Position numbers and translations under genes: made by a program. Below, in pieces: positions 40,671-51,338 of a stretch of 64,000 bases of DNA. The stretch is taken from NCBI GenBank assembly GCA_964651225.1, contig CAZYYD010000001.1, positions 50,811 through 114,810 on the forward strand. The letters run 5' to 3'. Source of the stretch: an uncultured Ignavibacteriaceae bacterium (lineage in GTDB: Bacteria; Bacteroidota; Ignavibacteria; UBA10030). The notes under the pieces are model-generated. The model searched no databases and was not told where the DNA came from. It worked only from the letters and a program-made list of their open reading frames with translations. Each line of letters opens with the position of its first letter. Position 1 is the first letter of the stretch.

Positions 40671-43217
40671 TCACATCATTCCCTGCGGGTCAACATCGAT
40701 AATCATCTTGATCTTTCTGTTTGAGACTATGGGAGATGCCTCATATTGTGCTTTCGCTTTGAGGAGCGCCGAGCGGAGAAAGGATCCTGAGGGATCGCTG
40801 CTTTTTAGATCTTTTACAACCACATGCTTACGGTAAACATTTTTGATTTTCGGAATGGCGGCATCAGCCGGTCCTAGAACGATAAAACGGTTTTGCTGGT
40901 TGTGCATGACAAGAAACTCGACAAACTTTTTGGCATGGTGCTGCACTTCATTTTCCCGTTCCCCGGAAAACTCCAGAAGTACAATCCGGGAGAACGGGGG
41001 ATAATCCAGCTCGCGCCGGTATTCCAATTCTTCCCGATAAAATCCACGGGAGTCGTGGAGAATAACATGCTTCAAGCTGTAATGATCGGGCTGCAGTGTT
41101 TGGATAATCACTTCGCCGGCAAGATTGCTTCTGCCGGCGCGCCCCGAGACCTGCGTGAGCAATTGGAACGTTCCTTCGGAAGCGCGGAAATCCGGTAAGA
41201 GCATTTGTGTATCGGCAGAAATCACGCCGACCAGCGTAACGCGAGGAAAGTCTAATCCCTTGGCAACCATTTGCGTGCCGAGAAGAATATCTGCTTCACC
41301 CGATTCAAATTGTTTGAGAATTTTGTTGTGGGCGCCTTTGGCACTCGTGGTATCGCGGTCCATTCGGAGTATAACTGCTTTGGGAAAGAGCTGCTGCAGT
41401 TCCTGCTGCACCTGCTGTGTGCCGAAGGCATGCATCCGCAGTTCCGTGCCGCTGCACTTGGGGCAGATGGACGGCGGTTTCTTGACAAAGCCGCAGTAAT
41501 GACAGCGAAGATGTTTCTTGGTCGCGTGGAACGTTAACGAAACTTCGCAGTTGTCGCACTTTTCCACGTACCCACACTCGAAACATTCCAGCACATGCGA
41601 GAAGCCGCGCCTGTTCTGAAGAAGTATAACCCCTTCTTTGCGTTCCAACCGTCGGGCTATTTGTATCTGGAGGAGCTGTGAAATGGAAGAATCGGGAAGG
41701 CGTTTGGGAAACGGCTTCGCGCTCTTTTTGGTTTCAATTTTTAGTTCTTCATACACCCGCCGCCGTTCTTTCGCCATATCGACGATCTCAATCGTGGGCA
41801 ACTGGGCTGTGTCAACGCGGTTGGGCAATTCAAGCAGGGTGTATTTATTCTGGATGGCGTTGGCGAAACTTTCCGCCGAAGGTGTCGCTGATCCAAGGAT
41901 TACCACTGCCTTGATGTGTAATGCACGGACAAGCGCGACATCACGTGCATTGTAGCGCGGTGCGGCATCATATTGCTTGTAGGAACTGTCGTGCTCTTCG
42001 TCGACCACGATCAATCCAATGTTTTCTAACGGGGCGAAGATTGCCGAACGGGGCCCGATAACAATCCGGACCTTTCCCTGATGCGCCATCCGCCATGCAT
42101 CGTATCGTTCACCCACAGACATTTGACTATGCATGACGGCAACGTCATTTCCGAAATGAGCCTTAAACCGGCGGACGGTCTGCGGCGTCAGAGAAATTTC
42201 CGGTACAAGGACAATCGCTGTTTTGCCGAGGGCAAGGACTTTGCGGATCGCATCGATGTACACCTGTGTCTTTCCGCTGCCGGTAATCCCGTGGAGGAGA
42301 AATGCCCGGAATCCGCCTGATGATGCGGCGCCGGATATCTCGTTCAACGCATATTGTTGATTCGCATTCAGGATGATGTTGAGGGGCGGTCCTACCGGTT
42401 CGTACTCTGAGCGGCGGTATACTTCCCGTTCACCAATCTGGAGCACTCCATTTTTCACGAGTGTCTTAAGAGAAGAAAGTGAAGCATGGTGACGCTGTAA
42501 AAAAGGATTCATTTCCACAGCATCTGTCGGCGATGCTAATTCTTCCCTTAGTGCCTCTATAATCGCAAGCTGTTTTACAGAAAGAGCCTCTTTAGCCCTT
42601 TCATCCGACAAAATCTGCAATCCGGCGGAAGCAATGCTGACAAATCGTTCGATTTTCGGTTTCGCTTTCGGCTTTTCGATTTCTTCGGTGATAGAAATCC
42701 ATCCGCGTTGCTGCATCTCGTTCAAAACGGCATGGATGCTTTTTGTGTTCGATTTTCTTTGCAGCTGCGCAATGTTTAGCGGTGTACCATGCGCAAGCGC
42801 CTGCAGTATCGCATACTGGCGCGGTGCAGATTTTCTCGTAGACTGAAGAAGGTCTTCCACCTTTTGAGCAATCAGACATACACTTTGTTTACTTTCCTGC
42901 GACAATCCTTGCGGTGTCGCCGCTCTCAGCACTTCACCCCAGGGAGCATAATAATAGTTACTCATCCATTGTGTAAGTGAGAGAATCTCCGCAGAAAAGG
43001 AGGGCTTCGTATCAAGAATATCTGTCACCGGCTTGAGGCCGCGGATATCCGTAAAGGGGGGCAGTGCAACGATAACGCCGGTAAGATGTTTTTTCCCGAA
43101 TGGAACGAGCGCACGGTTGCCGGGTAGAGCAGAAGATTGTAGTCCAGGCGGAACGAGATACGTGAATATGCGGTCAAGGGGAACAGGGAGAGCAATATCG
43201 ACAAGGAAGGGCTGCAA
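40671..43217 (-). CDS. priA: primosomal protein N' (replication restart helicase)
   Basis: N-terminal 3'-DNA-binding domain, DExH helicase core (GSGKT, DEEH) and the Cys-rich zinc-binding region (CFECGYVEKCDNCEVSLTFH...CHYCGF...CPKCSG). Confidence 0.9.
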   Translation of the reverse strand: MQPFLVDIALPVPLDRIFTYLVPPGLQSSALPGNRALVPFGKKHLTGVIVALPPFTDIRGLKPVTDILDTKPSFSAEILSLTQWMSNYYYAPWGEVLRAATPQGLSQESKQSVCLIAQKVEDLLQSTRKSAPRQYAILQALAHGTPLNIAQLQRKSNTKSIHAVLNEMQQRGWISITEEIEKPKAKPKIERFVSIASAGLQILSDERAKEALSVKQLAIIEALREELASPTDAVEMNPFLQRHHASLSSLKTLVKNGVLQIGEREVYRRSEYEPVGPPLNIILNANQQYALNEISGAASSGGFRAFLLHGITGSGKTQVYIDAIRKVLALGKTAIVLVPEISLTPQTVRRFKAHFGNDVAVMHSQMSVGERYDAWRMAHQGKVRIVIGPRSAIFAPLENIGLIVVDEEHDSSYKQYDAAPRYNARDVALVRALHIKAVVILGSATPSAESFANAIQNKYTLLELPNRVDTAQLPTIEIVDMAKERRRVYEELKIETKKSAKPFPKRLPDSSISQLLQIQIARRLERKEGVILLQNRRGFSHVLECFECGYVEKCDNCEVSLTFHATKKHLRCHYCGFVKKPPSICPKCSGTELRMHAFGTQQVQQELQQLFPKAVILRMDRDTTSAKGAHNKILKQFESGEADILLGTQMVAKGLDFPRVTLVGVISADTQMLLPDFRASEGTFQLLTQVSGRAGRSNLAGEVIIQTLQPDHYSLKHVILHDSRGFYREELEYRRELDYPPFSRIVLLEFSGERENEVQHHAKKFVEFLVMHNQQNRFIVLGPADAAIPKIKNVYRKHVVVKDLKSSDPSGSFLRSALLKAKAQYEASPIVSNRKIKMIIDVDPQGMM

Positions 43218-43273
43218 TGGTCAATATTTCAAAACAAATAAATAGTGAACAGAGGAAAAACAATGAGTATCGA

Positions 43274-44440
43274 TCAAGCATTCAACTCGCGTTCAAGAAT
43301 CTGATACACTTCCGAAAGAGGAATATTCTTCTCTGACGCGATCCGTTTGCATTCTTCAAACTCGACACGTTTCTGTTCGTTGCCGTCAACCGTAACGATT
43401 TTGATGGAGACAGGGCCGAAAATGGTATTGATCTTCGTATGGCGACGCGGAAGTTTTTTCCTCTCCACTGGCTGAATACGCACACCAATAGTGGTTGTCT
43501 CGCGGAAAACAATGTCAAGAATTCGGTCGATCCTTGCACGCTCCGCGAGAATCGAAAGGAGAATACCGGGACGTCCCTTCTTCATGACGATTGGAATGAG
43601 ATAGGCATCGTGCGCACCAGCAGCAAGAAGCTTTTCGATGATGTACGGATAAATCTCCGGATTCATATTGTCAATATTGGTTTCGATGCTGACAATTTCA
43701 TCGGCGACGTATTCAGGTGCCAGTTCACCAATGAAGACCCGGAGTAAATTAGGCAGCTGTTCAATGTCCCGTCCGCCTGCACCGTAGCCTATGGCAGAGA
43801 CCTGTATTCTCTCTGCCGAGAGAACGCCCTGTGAGAGAGCTTTGATGATTGCAGCTCCGGTCGGTGTTGTCAGCTCAAATGGAACATCGGTCAACACAAC
43901 GGGATAATCTTTAAGGATTTCTATCGTGGCGGGTGTGGGAACGGGAAGCATCCCGTGCTGGGTTTTCACCATACCGCCGTTGCCGACTTTCATGGGCGAT
44001 GAATAGACTTTCTGAATACCCAGCATCTCTAAACAGATCGATGCTCCAACGATATCGACCAGTGAATCGATTGCTCCGACTTCGTGGAAGTGCACCTTTT
44101 CAATACTGGTGTTATGCACGTTTGATTCGGCAACAGCGATTTCATGAAAAATTTTCTTTGACCGCTCTTTGACAGTCAGGGAAAACTCGCTGTCGTCAAG
44201 AAGTTTTTCGATGTCTTTCAGGTGACGATGGTAATGCGGTTGTCCGGAAATGAGGACATCCACCTTGACAGCGACGATGCCGTTGCGTGTGATATGTTGT
44301 GCCGAAAGTTCAAATCCGCTGAGGTGGAGCTTCCGGAGTTCTGAAATCAAATCGTCGATGGGAATCCCGGCGCTGACGAGAGCGCCCAGTGTCATATCGC
44401 CGCTGATGCCGGCGATGGTGTCGAAGTATGCTATTTTCAT
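43274..44440 (-). CDS. larC: LarC-family nickel-pincer cofactor biosynthesis protein (DUF111)
   Basis: The conserved N-terminus MKIAYFDTIAGISGDMTLGALV and length fit LarC. The start is trimmed from the 449-aa ORF. Confidence 0.75.
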   Translation of the reverse strand: MKIAYFDTIAGISGDMTLGALVSAGIPIDDLISELRKLHLSGFELSAQHITRNGIVAVKVDVLISGQPHYHRHLKDIEKLLDDSEFSLTVKERSKKIFHEIAVAESNVHNTSIEKVHFHEVGAIDSLVDIVGASICLEMLGIQKVYSSPMKVGNGGMVKTQHGMLPVPTPATIEILKDYPVVLTDVPFELTTPTGAAIIKALSQGVLSAERIQVSAIGYGAGGRDIEQLPNLLRVFIGELAPEYVADEIVSIETNIDNMNPEIYPYIIEKLLAAGAHDAYLIPIVMKKGRPGILLSILAERARIDRILDIVFRETTTIGVRIQPVERKKLPRRHTKINTIFGPVSIKIVTVDGNEQKRVEFEECKRIASEKNIPLSEVYQILERELNA

Positions 44441-44469
44441 GGGATATTCGTTCTTCCAGTCGTCAATCG

Positions 44470-45765
44470 TTACAACACTTTCGAAAGATGCTCGATGAAT
44501 CTTTTTGTCGCTCCGACATTCTCTTTGACAAGTTTTAGCGACACCTGTCCGGCTCGTCTCGCCGAGCGGGCATCCGTATCTTCTTTCCTTCCGCGGAGCA
44601 GTGTTCGGATTGTCCGATAGCATTCCTGCTGATCATGAATCACAAACGCTCCGCCGAGGCGAAGAAGTTCCTGCGCTTCCTGAGAATTCGTATAACGCGG
44701 CCCAAAAAACACTGGAATACCATACACTGCCGGTTCTAACACATTGTGGATGCCCTGCCGGAAACTGCCTCCGACGTATGCAACATCGGCGTACTGGTAT
44801 AGCGCCATCAATATTCCTATGCTGTCGACAAGGATCACCTGTTCGTGTGAATAATCGTTCAGCAGAGAGAATCGAATGAATGTTGTTTTGGAGTTGAGCT
44901 GCCGTTCAATTGTTTCTAATGCCTCTTCCGTTGGCTCATGCGGAACGAGAATGATCAGAACGTTTGAATCGTACTCCAGGAGTTTCTTTATCGTCGGCAG
45001 GAGGACTTCCTCATCTTCAGGCCATGTACTCCCGGCGACCAGGACATTCTTTCCTTTCAGAACAGCAGAGGGAATAAGATGCTTTTTCTTTGCTTCGGTA
45101 CTGCGCTGCCATACCTGGTCGTACCGGGTTTCACCGATCGCCTGCATAGTAGGATGTGTTAAACCAAACCGGGAAAATGCTTCCACGTCTTTTGTGGACA
45201 CCGTGAGAATGGATTCGAAGTTGTCAAAGAGCATCCGATGGAAGCTTTTCATCAAAGGAAAGAAACGGGCAGAGGATGTGCGCATGGTGGCGTTGGCGAT
45301 GAAAGCAGGAATATGTCTCTCGGTCAGTTCCCATAAGTGATTGGGCCAGACATCGTACCGCACAAACACGGCTGCTGTCGGCTGGAGCAAATCCAGGAAG
45401 CGGCGGGCGTTTATCGGGGTATCGAACGGAATGTACGTGATGATGTCGGCAAATTTGTAATTCTTCGAATGATCGTATCCTGAAGGGGAGAAGAACGTGA
45501 CAATGATATTGATGTCCCGGTATTTTTTGCGCAGGGCTGCTATGATCGGTTTTGCCTGCTCGAATTCGCCCATAGAGGATGAATGAAACCATACACGTCT
45601 TGTTGATGTAAGCTTCTGGACATCACGTTCCAACTGTTCGAACAATCCCTTTCGACCCTGAATTCCCCTGCGAACTTTAAACTTAAAGGGGGCGGTCACA
45701 TGCAGCACAAACCAGAAAGAAGGGATAAACAGCCAATTATAGACAATAAAAAAGAGGTTTTTCAT
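44470..45765 (-). CDS. waaA: 3-deoxy-D-manno-octulosonic acid (Kdo) transferase
   Basis: An N-terminal membrane anchor and the Kdo-transferase pattern (VWFHSSSMGEFEQAKPIIAAL) on a glycosyltransferase fold. Confidence 0.75.
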   Translation of the reverse strand: MKNLFFIVYNWLFIPSFWFVLHVTAPFKFKVRRGIQGRKGLFEQLERDVQKLTSTRRVWFHSSSMGEFEQAKPIIAALRKKYRDINIIVTFFSPSGYDHSKNYKFADIITYIPFDTPINARRFLDLLQPTAAVFVRYDVWPNHLWELTERHIPAFIANATMRTSSARFFPLMKSFHRMLFDNFESILTVSTKDVEAFSRFGLTHPTMQAIGETRYDQVWQRSTEAKKKHLIPSAVLKGKNVLVAGSTWPEDEEVLLPTIKKLLEYDSNVLIILVPHEPTEEALETIERQLNSKTTFIRFSLLNDYSHEQVILVDSIGILMALYQYADVAYVGGSFRQGIHNVLEPAVYGIPVFFGPRYTNSQEAQELLRLGGAFVIHDQQECYRTIRTLLRGRKEDTDARSARRAGQVSLKLVKENVGATKRFIEHLSKVL

Positions 45766-45850
45766 TAGACAGTTATTACTTAATGAAGCGAAATTTCGAA
45801 ATTATGGTAGAGAAAGTTTGACGGAAATGCAAGGATGAGGGAACTAGGTG

Positions 45851-47191
45851 GTTGCATCCTTTTTAGTGGGGGGAAGGGCTTGCTCTCAGATGCTGAGTTT
45901 GGGCATTAAGATATTGGGCTCGCAAGACAAGAAGATTATTGGCACCTTCGCGGGACCATCTCATACCTTGCCGTTTCATACGTTTCTTGACCACGAGATC
46001 AGCCATTTTTTCGATGACACCAGAACCATGAATATCATTGGGATGATAGTGCATACCATCAAGATTTCCTTCGACATACTGGGAGAATGTTCGAAGCTCC
46101 TGAGCGTGCTGTTCATCCGATGGGTGCAACGATCTCAGATACTTCAATGCTGTGTTTGGTAATCCTGTCATCACAAAGCTCATAAATCGTTTATATTGAT
46201 GACTCACCAACACCGTCCCGGCTTTCTCCTTCAGATGATATAAATCCAGAGTAAAACGACTTGTTGGTAAAACCGCTTGTCGCATCGTGCCAATCCACGG
46301 CGCTCCATCGCTCAAAAAATGCACGGGATCATCGCTGCGTAATCCTGCACTTCGACAGTGTGCATACAAATGCTCTGCAAATCCATCGGCATCTTCCACT
46401 TGAGCATAGACACTGCGTTCACTGGTTGCCCGTCGACGGGGACTCAGCTGTCGTATCCCTCTGAACATCACTCCTATCTTGACCTCCATCCGATGTCGTC
46501 CAAAATCATCAAAAACCCCTCGTTCACGGCTTCCAATCAACGTTCCGTCTGCTTCTATCACTGCCGGTCGTGGTGGGTGGGGGGGCTCGGCTGTCGTGGC
46601 TGCCTCAAAAACCTTCCGCCGTTCCTCTTCCTGCCGTGCTCGTTCCTGTATTCCTTCTTCCTGTATAATCTTCCACAACCTCATTCGCGAGATTTGCATC
46701 CCCCACTCTTCCTGCAACAACCTCGCACTCCAACCATAGGATCGCTCAATCGCTAAACGCTTACATCGTCTCCGTGCATGAACCGTCTCTCCTCCTATGC
46801 CACAAAGATCTCGCAGGGGATAGACACTATGGCCGTTCTTGTTCCTATAACGATGTACCTTGACTCGGATCTTCCCCACACCACTCAAAATCGTTCTCTC
46901 CACCAATCCCTTGTTTTCATAACCTCCCCAGTGTAGTACCTCTTGGGAGGCTTGACGATCCAGGTTCTCAAAATACTCCCGCAGTTCCTGTCGTTGTTCT
47001 TCCCGATGGCGTGCTTCCAACGTTATTTCAAATCTATTGACTTCTTCTTGCCACTTTTGTAGCTTTTCTCTGTCCAAACGTCGTACCATAAGGGTTTATC
47101 TCCTGAGCTGGTTCATCGGTCGCTAGCCTTTGTTCCATCTTAGAATAAACCCTTCTTCTTTTCAATACCCCCACACTTCTACGGATGCAAC
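45851..47191. mobile_element. insertion sequence, ISKra4-like family (about 1.34 kb)
   Basis: A single DDE transposase ORF flanked by imperfect terminal inverted repeats (left GTTGCATCCtttttagtgggggg, right ccccacacttctacGGATGCAAC). GC content is clearly higher than in the flanking DNA. No clear target-site duplication was identified. Confidence 0.5.
45863..47089 (-). CDS. DDE transposase, ISKra4-like
   Basis: IEADGTLIGSRE, LSDGAPWI and the C-terminal HGSGVIEKMADLVVKKRMKRQGMRWSREGANNLLVLRA resemble ISKra4-family transposases. Confidence 0.7.
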   Translation of the reverse strand: MVRRLDREKLQKWQEEVNRFEITLEARHREEQRQELREYFENLDRQASQEVLHWGGYENKGLVERTILSGVGKIRVKVHRYRNKNGHSVYPLRDLCGIGGETVHARRRCKRLAIERSYGWSARLLQEEWGMQISRMRLWKIIQEEGIQERARQEEERRKVFEAATTAEPPHPPRPAVIEADGTLIGSRERGVFDDFGRHRMEVKIGVMFRGIRQLSPRRRATSERSVYAQVEDADGFAEHLYAHCRSAGLRSDDPVHFLSDGAPWIGTMRQAVLPTSRFTLDLYHLKEKAGTVLVSHQYKRFMSFVMTGLPNTALKYLRSLHPSDEQHAQELRTFSQYVEGNLDGMHYHPNDIHGSGVIEKMADLVVKKRMKRQGMRWSREGANNLLVLRAQYLNAQTQHLRASPSPH

Positions 47192-47385
47192 GTGGCGCAT
47201 AAGCTGCGCCACTGAAAACTATCAATGTACTGTGAACGAACCGAGTTCATACTAAAAACGAACTTGTTGACCACTTAAGTTATGAGGTACAAAGAACGTA
47301 ATAATAAAAACTGAAACCTACCACACGCAATGCGTAAAGTAGTGGGCTCATTGCGTCAGCTTGATGCGCGGGTTAGGCGGTTGCG

Positions 47386-47883
47386 TTAAAAATTGTATAG
47401 GACATAAAGTCCCGCGCTGGGATTAAGCGTCCCGGAAGTAAAATAATATGTAGGATAGTACAGTATAAAACCGCCGCACAAATTATTACGTTTCTCTTTT
47501 GTCATAAAAGGTGTTTCAATACAAGTTGCCAGTGCTAATCTATTCTTCGTGTCTTCTTTAGATGATCCATAGACTCCAAAACTCGGTCCGAGAAAAATAT
47601 TGAATCCTGGAGCATTTGCCAAATAATAATGGACATCAAAACCATAGGTATATTCTGATTCCTTCTCCAATTTGATCCACCCTCCGGTTACTCGGTAGCG
47701 AAAGTCATTGGAGGTATAACAATATGTAATACCTGTACCTGCAACCCAACTTGCCTGGAATCCAAACGAGGAAAAAGATCGTTGTGATTTATTTTGAGAA
47801 GTATCCTGAGCACGAAGACTTGAAATGAGAAACAAAAAAGGAATAATAAAGATAAACGAAGACTTAAAGAGATGGTTAGTCAT
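47386..47883 (-). CDS. outer-membrane beta-barrel protein (OmpA-like/porin-type small barrel)
   Basis: A signal peptide (MTNHLFKSSFIFIIPFLFLISSLRAQ), alternating amphipathic beta-strand pattern and a C-terminal aromatic residue (..YVLYNF), in an AT-rich segment. Confidence 0.5.
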   Translation of the reverse strand: MTNHLFKSSFIFIIPFLFLISSLRAQDTSQNKSQRSFSSFGFQASWVAGTGITYCYTSNDFRYRVTGGWIKLEKESEYTYGFDVHYYLANAPGFNIFLGPSFGVYGSSKEDTKNRLALATCIETPFMTKEKRNNLCGGFILYYPTYYFTSGTLNPSAGLYVLYNF

Positions 47884-49194
47884 AACAATTCCCCAATTGT
47901 AATATTGAAATAAATTATGGAAACTATTCCAAAGTTTACGCAACCGCCTAATCTATGATTAGATAGAGTGAGTCCATATTTTGTGCGTAATAGGATGATA
48001 TATAGACTTTGTCTATGTTTTTGTAATATGAAACACGAGGAATATCGAGGTTTTGAGTTTTCGTAAAGCCATCCGCTAGATATGCAGGCCCCTGCATATC
48101 TTCCCTGGCTCCAATATCGATTTCCTTGCAGCCAAAATCAAGCTTGAAATAAATATTATAAAAATACCGGAAACCGCGAAGACTTCTTTCAAAAATCAAA
48201 ATATTTTAAGAATGACACCCCCCACCCCCTTCACGGGTACTACCTTCTTGTAGAATTCCGCGGTCATCCAGCTTCGTTTGTTTGCTCCCTTGATCTATGT
48301 CGTAGTACCTCCGCCGTTCGAGAGTAGATGGTATCACCACCTCGATGAGGCTCAAAAAGAAAGCTTTTCTGTGGCCCCTTTTCATTGTATAAGAATATAG
48401 CAACATCTTCATCTTTCCACCGGCATTCCTTCCCTGCCAGATCTTTTTCTGCGAAGCTTTTAGGGACTCGAAAGGCAACATGCTTCCAATAGATAAAAAA
48501 AGAGCGCAGATACTTTGCACTCTCTATCTTGTTTACAGGTATGCGACAGCTTTTATTGAAGTAATTGTCGGAGGGATGCGAGGCGGGATCTTTCGACGGA
48601 ATATCGTTTAGATAATTCCTTCATTTTGTACCCGTCAGTCAAGTTATCGAGGAATCTCTGTTCCTCATTGGTCAGGACTACCAGGGAGTCATTTGCTACC
48701 GTAAAGTCCAACGGCGTGATACGCATCGGCAGTAGGAACTCTGCAACGCTATCGGATCAGTGCCCTTCTTCACCGGTGAATCAATTGGTACTTATAGATG
48801 AATAAACACGTCAGATTTCTTCTTTCCAACGTCATCGATGGAGGCTTCACACTCTTTCATAGGAAGAGAAACAAGAATGAATGAGTTGAGTTTACCTATA
48901 GAGAAGTTATTCGGTTTTTGTGTGTTGACCATCGGCAATAGGTTTTCTAATATTTAACTGGAATTCTACATAATGTTGCAGTGATTTATTTGGATTTTTA
49001 GCATTTCCCCTTTCCCCATCTCGATTGCTGCTATTCCTCTCTCTTCTTGTTATTCATAGAATATCCTACTATTATTGCACAAACGTGCGATGTAAATTCT
49101 AGACATGATGGGACTCATTCATGTGAATGAATTTCTTTTGTATGAAGAGCTAGGGGAGCAATCTATTCTTTTCAATAATTATTTCAAAGAATTT

Positions 49195-51090
49195 ATGAAT
49201 CGATTTACCTTTCTTTTCATGCTTGGTTTCCCATGCATGCTTTTTGCGCAGACACTTGAACCATTCCAAGCAGTTGTACGAACTACGAATCCCCAACGCG
49301 TACAACGAGAGAAAAGAGCAAGAGTTCTTTTTGATCATGCTGAGAATAATGTATTAAACTTAAATATTAGCTCGTCTCAACAATCAAAGAATTCAAATAG
49401 TGCGCATACGACCGTTTCTCCCTCTGAAGGATTCATACTTGGAACAACGGATTATGACTACGTCTGGAACAGCGGTTCACGCCGTACTATCGTGGTCAAC
49501 GCTGCAGGAACAAATGTTCACATGGTATGGATGGAACGAAATCTATCATTGATTCCTCCTAGGAATAAATGCACAATGAAATATGGTTACTACGATTGGT
49601 CCCTTGGAACGGTTATTACGGGATATCCAGAACAGAATGTTATCACAGCTTCCGGTTTAGGCAATGTTGATGTATTTTGGGGTGGCGATAAAGATAATAT
49701 TGCAGCAATATGCGGAGGTACACCAATCTGGTTTGCCATTGATCGTAGCCCTGGTGCTGCAAATTTCACTAAAACTAACATTGGAGTAAATGAGTCAACA
49801 GGTCCAGCGATGACGATTGATAATTCAAACGCTGGAACAATTTATTTGACTGGTAATAACGGCGCTCGTAACAACTATTTCGTTCAAAAAAGTACAGATT
49901 ACGGCAGCACGTGGGCAATGTGTGATTCGCTCTTAGTCCATTCTCCATTTGTCACTGGCAACCTGGATGTTGAGGTCCTTGTCGCTCCTAATGGAAACCT
50001 CTTCCTTCCTACCTGTTTATCAGGTTATGGAACAATAAACCAGGTGAGTGCTGATAGTGCCGATTGCGTTGGATATTATAAGTCGACGGATCAAGGCAGC
50101 CACTGGACATGGACAACCATAGCACATGATGGCGATTTGGTTGCTTATGGATCAGAGAACGTTACTAATTATTTTGAAAATTTCGGATCCATGGATGCAT
50201 CGATCGATAAGGACAACAACCTGCATATCGTGATACAAGGGTATGGACAAAAATTAGCCTATGGAACAACAGATATTGTAGCCGCGAATTATTTTGGTAC
50301 ATTATACTGGAAGACCGGTCAATCGGGCTTTAAACTGATTTCCCGCCCGGAAGATGCTCATATTACGGATTTCGACAGCTCTTACTATACAGAGATGTTT
50401 TCAGGGAATGCATTTGGTCATCCATATCCGTCTATTTCAGTTGATCCAGCGGGTGATGGATTGTTTGCGATCTGGTCGCAAACTCGTATTACTAATGGAA
50501 AGCTTGATGTGGCATATAATGGAATTTCGCAATATGATCTCTGGTACAGCTTTTCCACGAATGGTGGTACGAGCTGGTCGACGGCGCAAAAATTAGCGAA
50601 CAGTGATGGCGGGTTGTTTGTCTCTGCTGCTCCAAAATTAACTGTCATCGATGGAAACACCTATAGGGCACATTGCATCTATATTGCTGATACCACTGCT
50701 GGTTGCGCCGTGGTTGGTCAAAGTGCCGCAACGCAAGTACCAGTCGTCTATCGAACAATTGATTTCTTCTATGAAGGGTCTATAACTGGTTCATCCCCTA
50801 TAGTTGATAATCATTCTGGATTACCAAAATATTATAGTCTTCTGCAGAATTATCCGAATCCCTGCAACCCGTCTACACGGATCGAATTCGCACTCCCGAA
50901 GCATTCTTTTGTGACATTGAAGGTGTATGACGTGCTCGGGAAGGAAGTTGCCACCCTATTGAATTCGGCGAAAGAGGCTGGAATATACACGACTACTTGG
51001 AATGCTGAGGGCTGTCCAAGCGGTGTCTATTTCTATCGGCTCTCCGCTGGATCCTATACGATGACGAGAAAGCTCCTGCTATTGAGATAG
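49195..51090 (+). CDS. secreted BNR/Asp-box repeat protein with T9SS C-terminal sorting domain
   Basis: A signal peptide (MNRFTFLFMLGFPCMLFAQT), several Asp-box repeats (STDYGSTW, STDQGSHWT, STNGGTSWS), and a C-terminal about 80 aa matching the Por-secretion CTD pattern (LLQNYPNPCNPSTRIEF...VYDVLGKEVATL...GVYFYRL). Confidence 0.8.
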   Translation: MNRFTFLFMLGFPCMLFAQTLEPFQAVVRTTNPQRVQREKRARVLFDHAENNVLNLNISSSQQSKNSNSAHTTVSPSEGFILGTTDYDYVWNSGSRRTIVVNAAGTNVHMVWMERNLSLIPPRNKCTMKYGYYDWSLGTVITGYPEQNVITASGLGNVDVFWGGDKDNIAAICGGTPIWFAIDRSPGAANFTKTNIGVNESTGPAMTIDNSNAGTIYLTGNNGARNNYFVQKSTDYGSTWAMCDSLLVHSPFVTGNLDVEVLVAPNGNLFLPTCLSGYGTINQVSADSADCVGYYKSTDQGSHWTWTTIAHDGDLVAYGSENVTNYFENFGSMDASIDKDNNLHIVIQGYGQKLAYGTTDIVAANYFGTLYWKTGQSGFKLISRPEDAHITDFDSSYYTEMFSGNAFGHPYPSISVDPAGDGLFAIWSQTRITNGKLDVAYNGISQYDLWYSFSTNGGTSWSTAQKLANSDGGLFVSAAPKLTVIDGNTYRAHCIYIADTTAGCAVVGQSAATQVPVVYRTIDFFYEGSITGSSPIVDNHSGLPKYYSLLQNYPNPCNPSTRIEFALPKHSFVTLKVYDVLGKEVATLLNSAKEAGIYTTTWNAEGCPSGVYFYRLSAGSYTMTRKLLLLR

Positions 51091-51116
51091 AAGTGATATT
51101 CACCTTTTAACCTCCG

Positions 51117-51150
51117 TCCCCAGACATCCACCACCTGGGGCTCTTTTTTA
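51117..51150 (+). terminator. rho-independent terminator after the T9SS protein gene
   Basis: Hairpin CCCCAG-(11 nt)-CTGGGG followed by CTCTTTTTTA. Confidence 0.7.
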
Positions 51151-51338
51151 TTATCGGCGTGGATTGCTACCTCCTGACCCACGTATGGTAAGTGTCATAA
51201 GGACATTACATCCCCCCTCCTCCTCACAATCCTCAACAACGAGAGCACCAAACAAACATCTGGTACAATTTGTTGACAGGATTGCGTACAATGGCAGGGT
51301 ACAAAAAAAGGCATCCACGAATGTGAACGCCTTTGGTG

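Noticed and set aside
47192-47385. Possible small RNA downstream of the IS, with GC-rich short repeats such as gcaatgcgt, cattgcgt, gttgcgtt
   Set aside because: No convincing conserved secondary structure or terminator that I could fold by eye. These are more likely IS-flank debris, so I mention it only as a rejected observation.
49105-49194. Upstream extension of the T9SS BNR protein (MMGLIHVNEF...)
   Set aside because: A canonical signal peptide begins at the internal Met at 49195. The upstream 30 codons are AT-rich without secretion-signal features.
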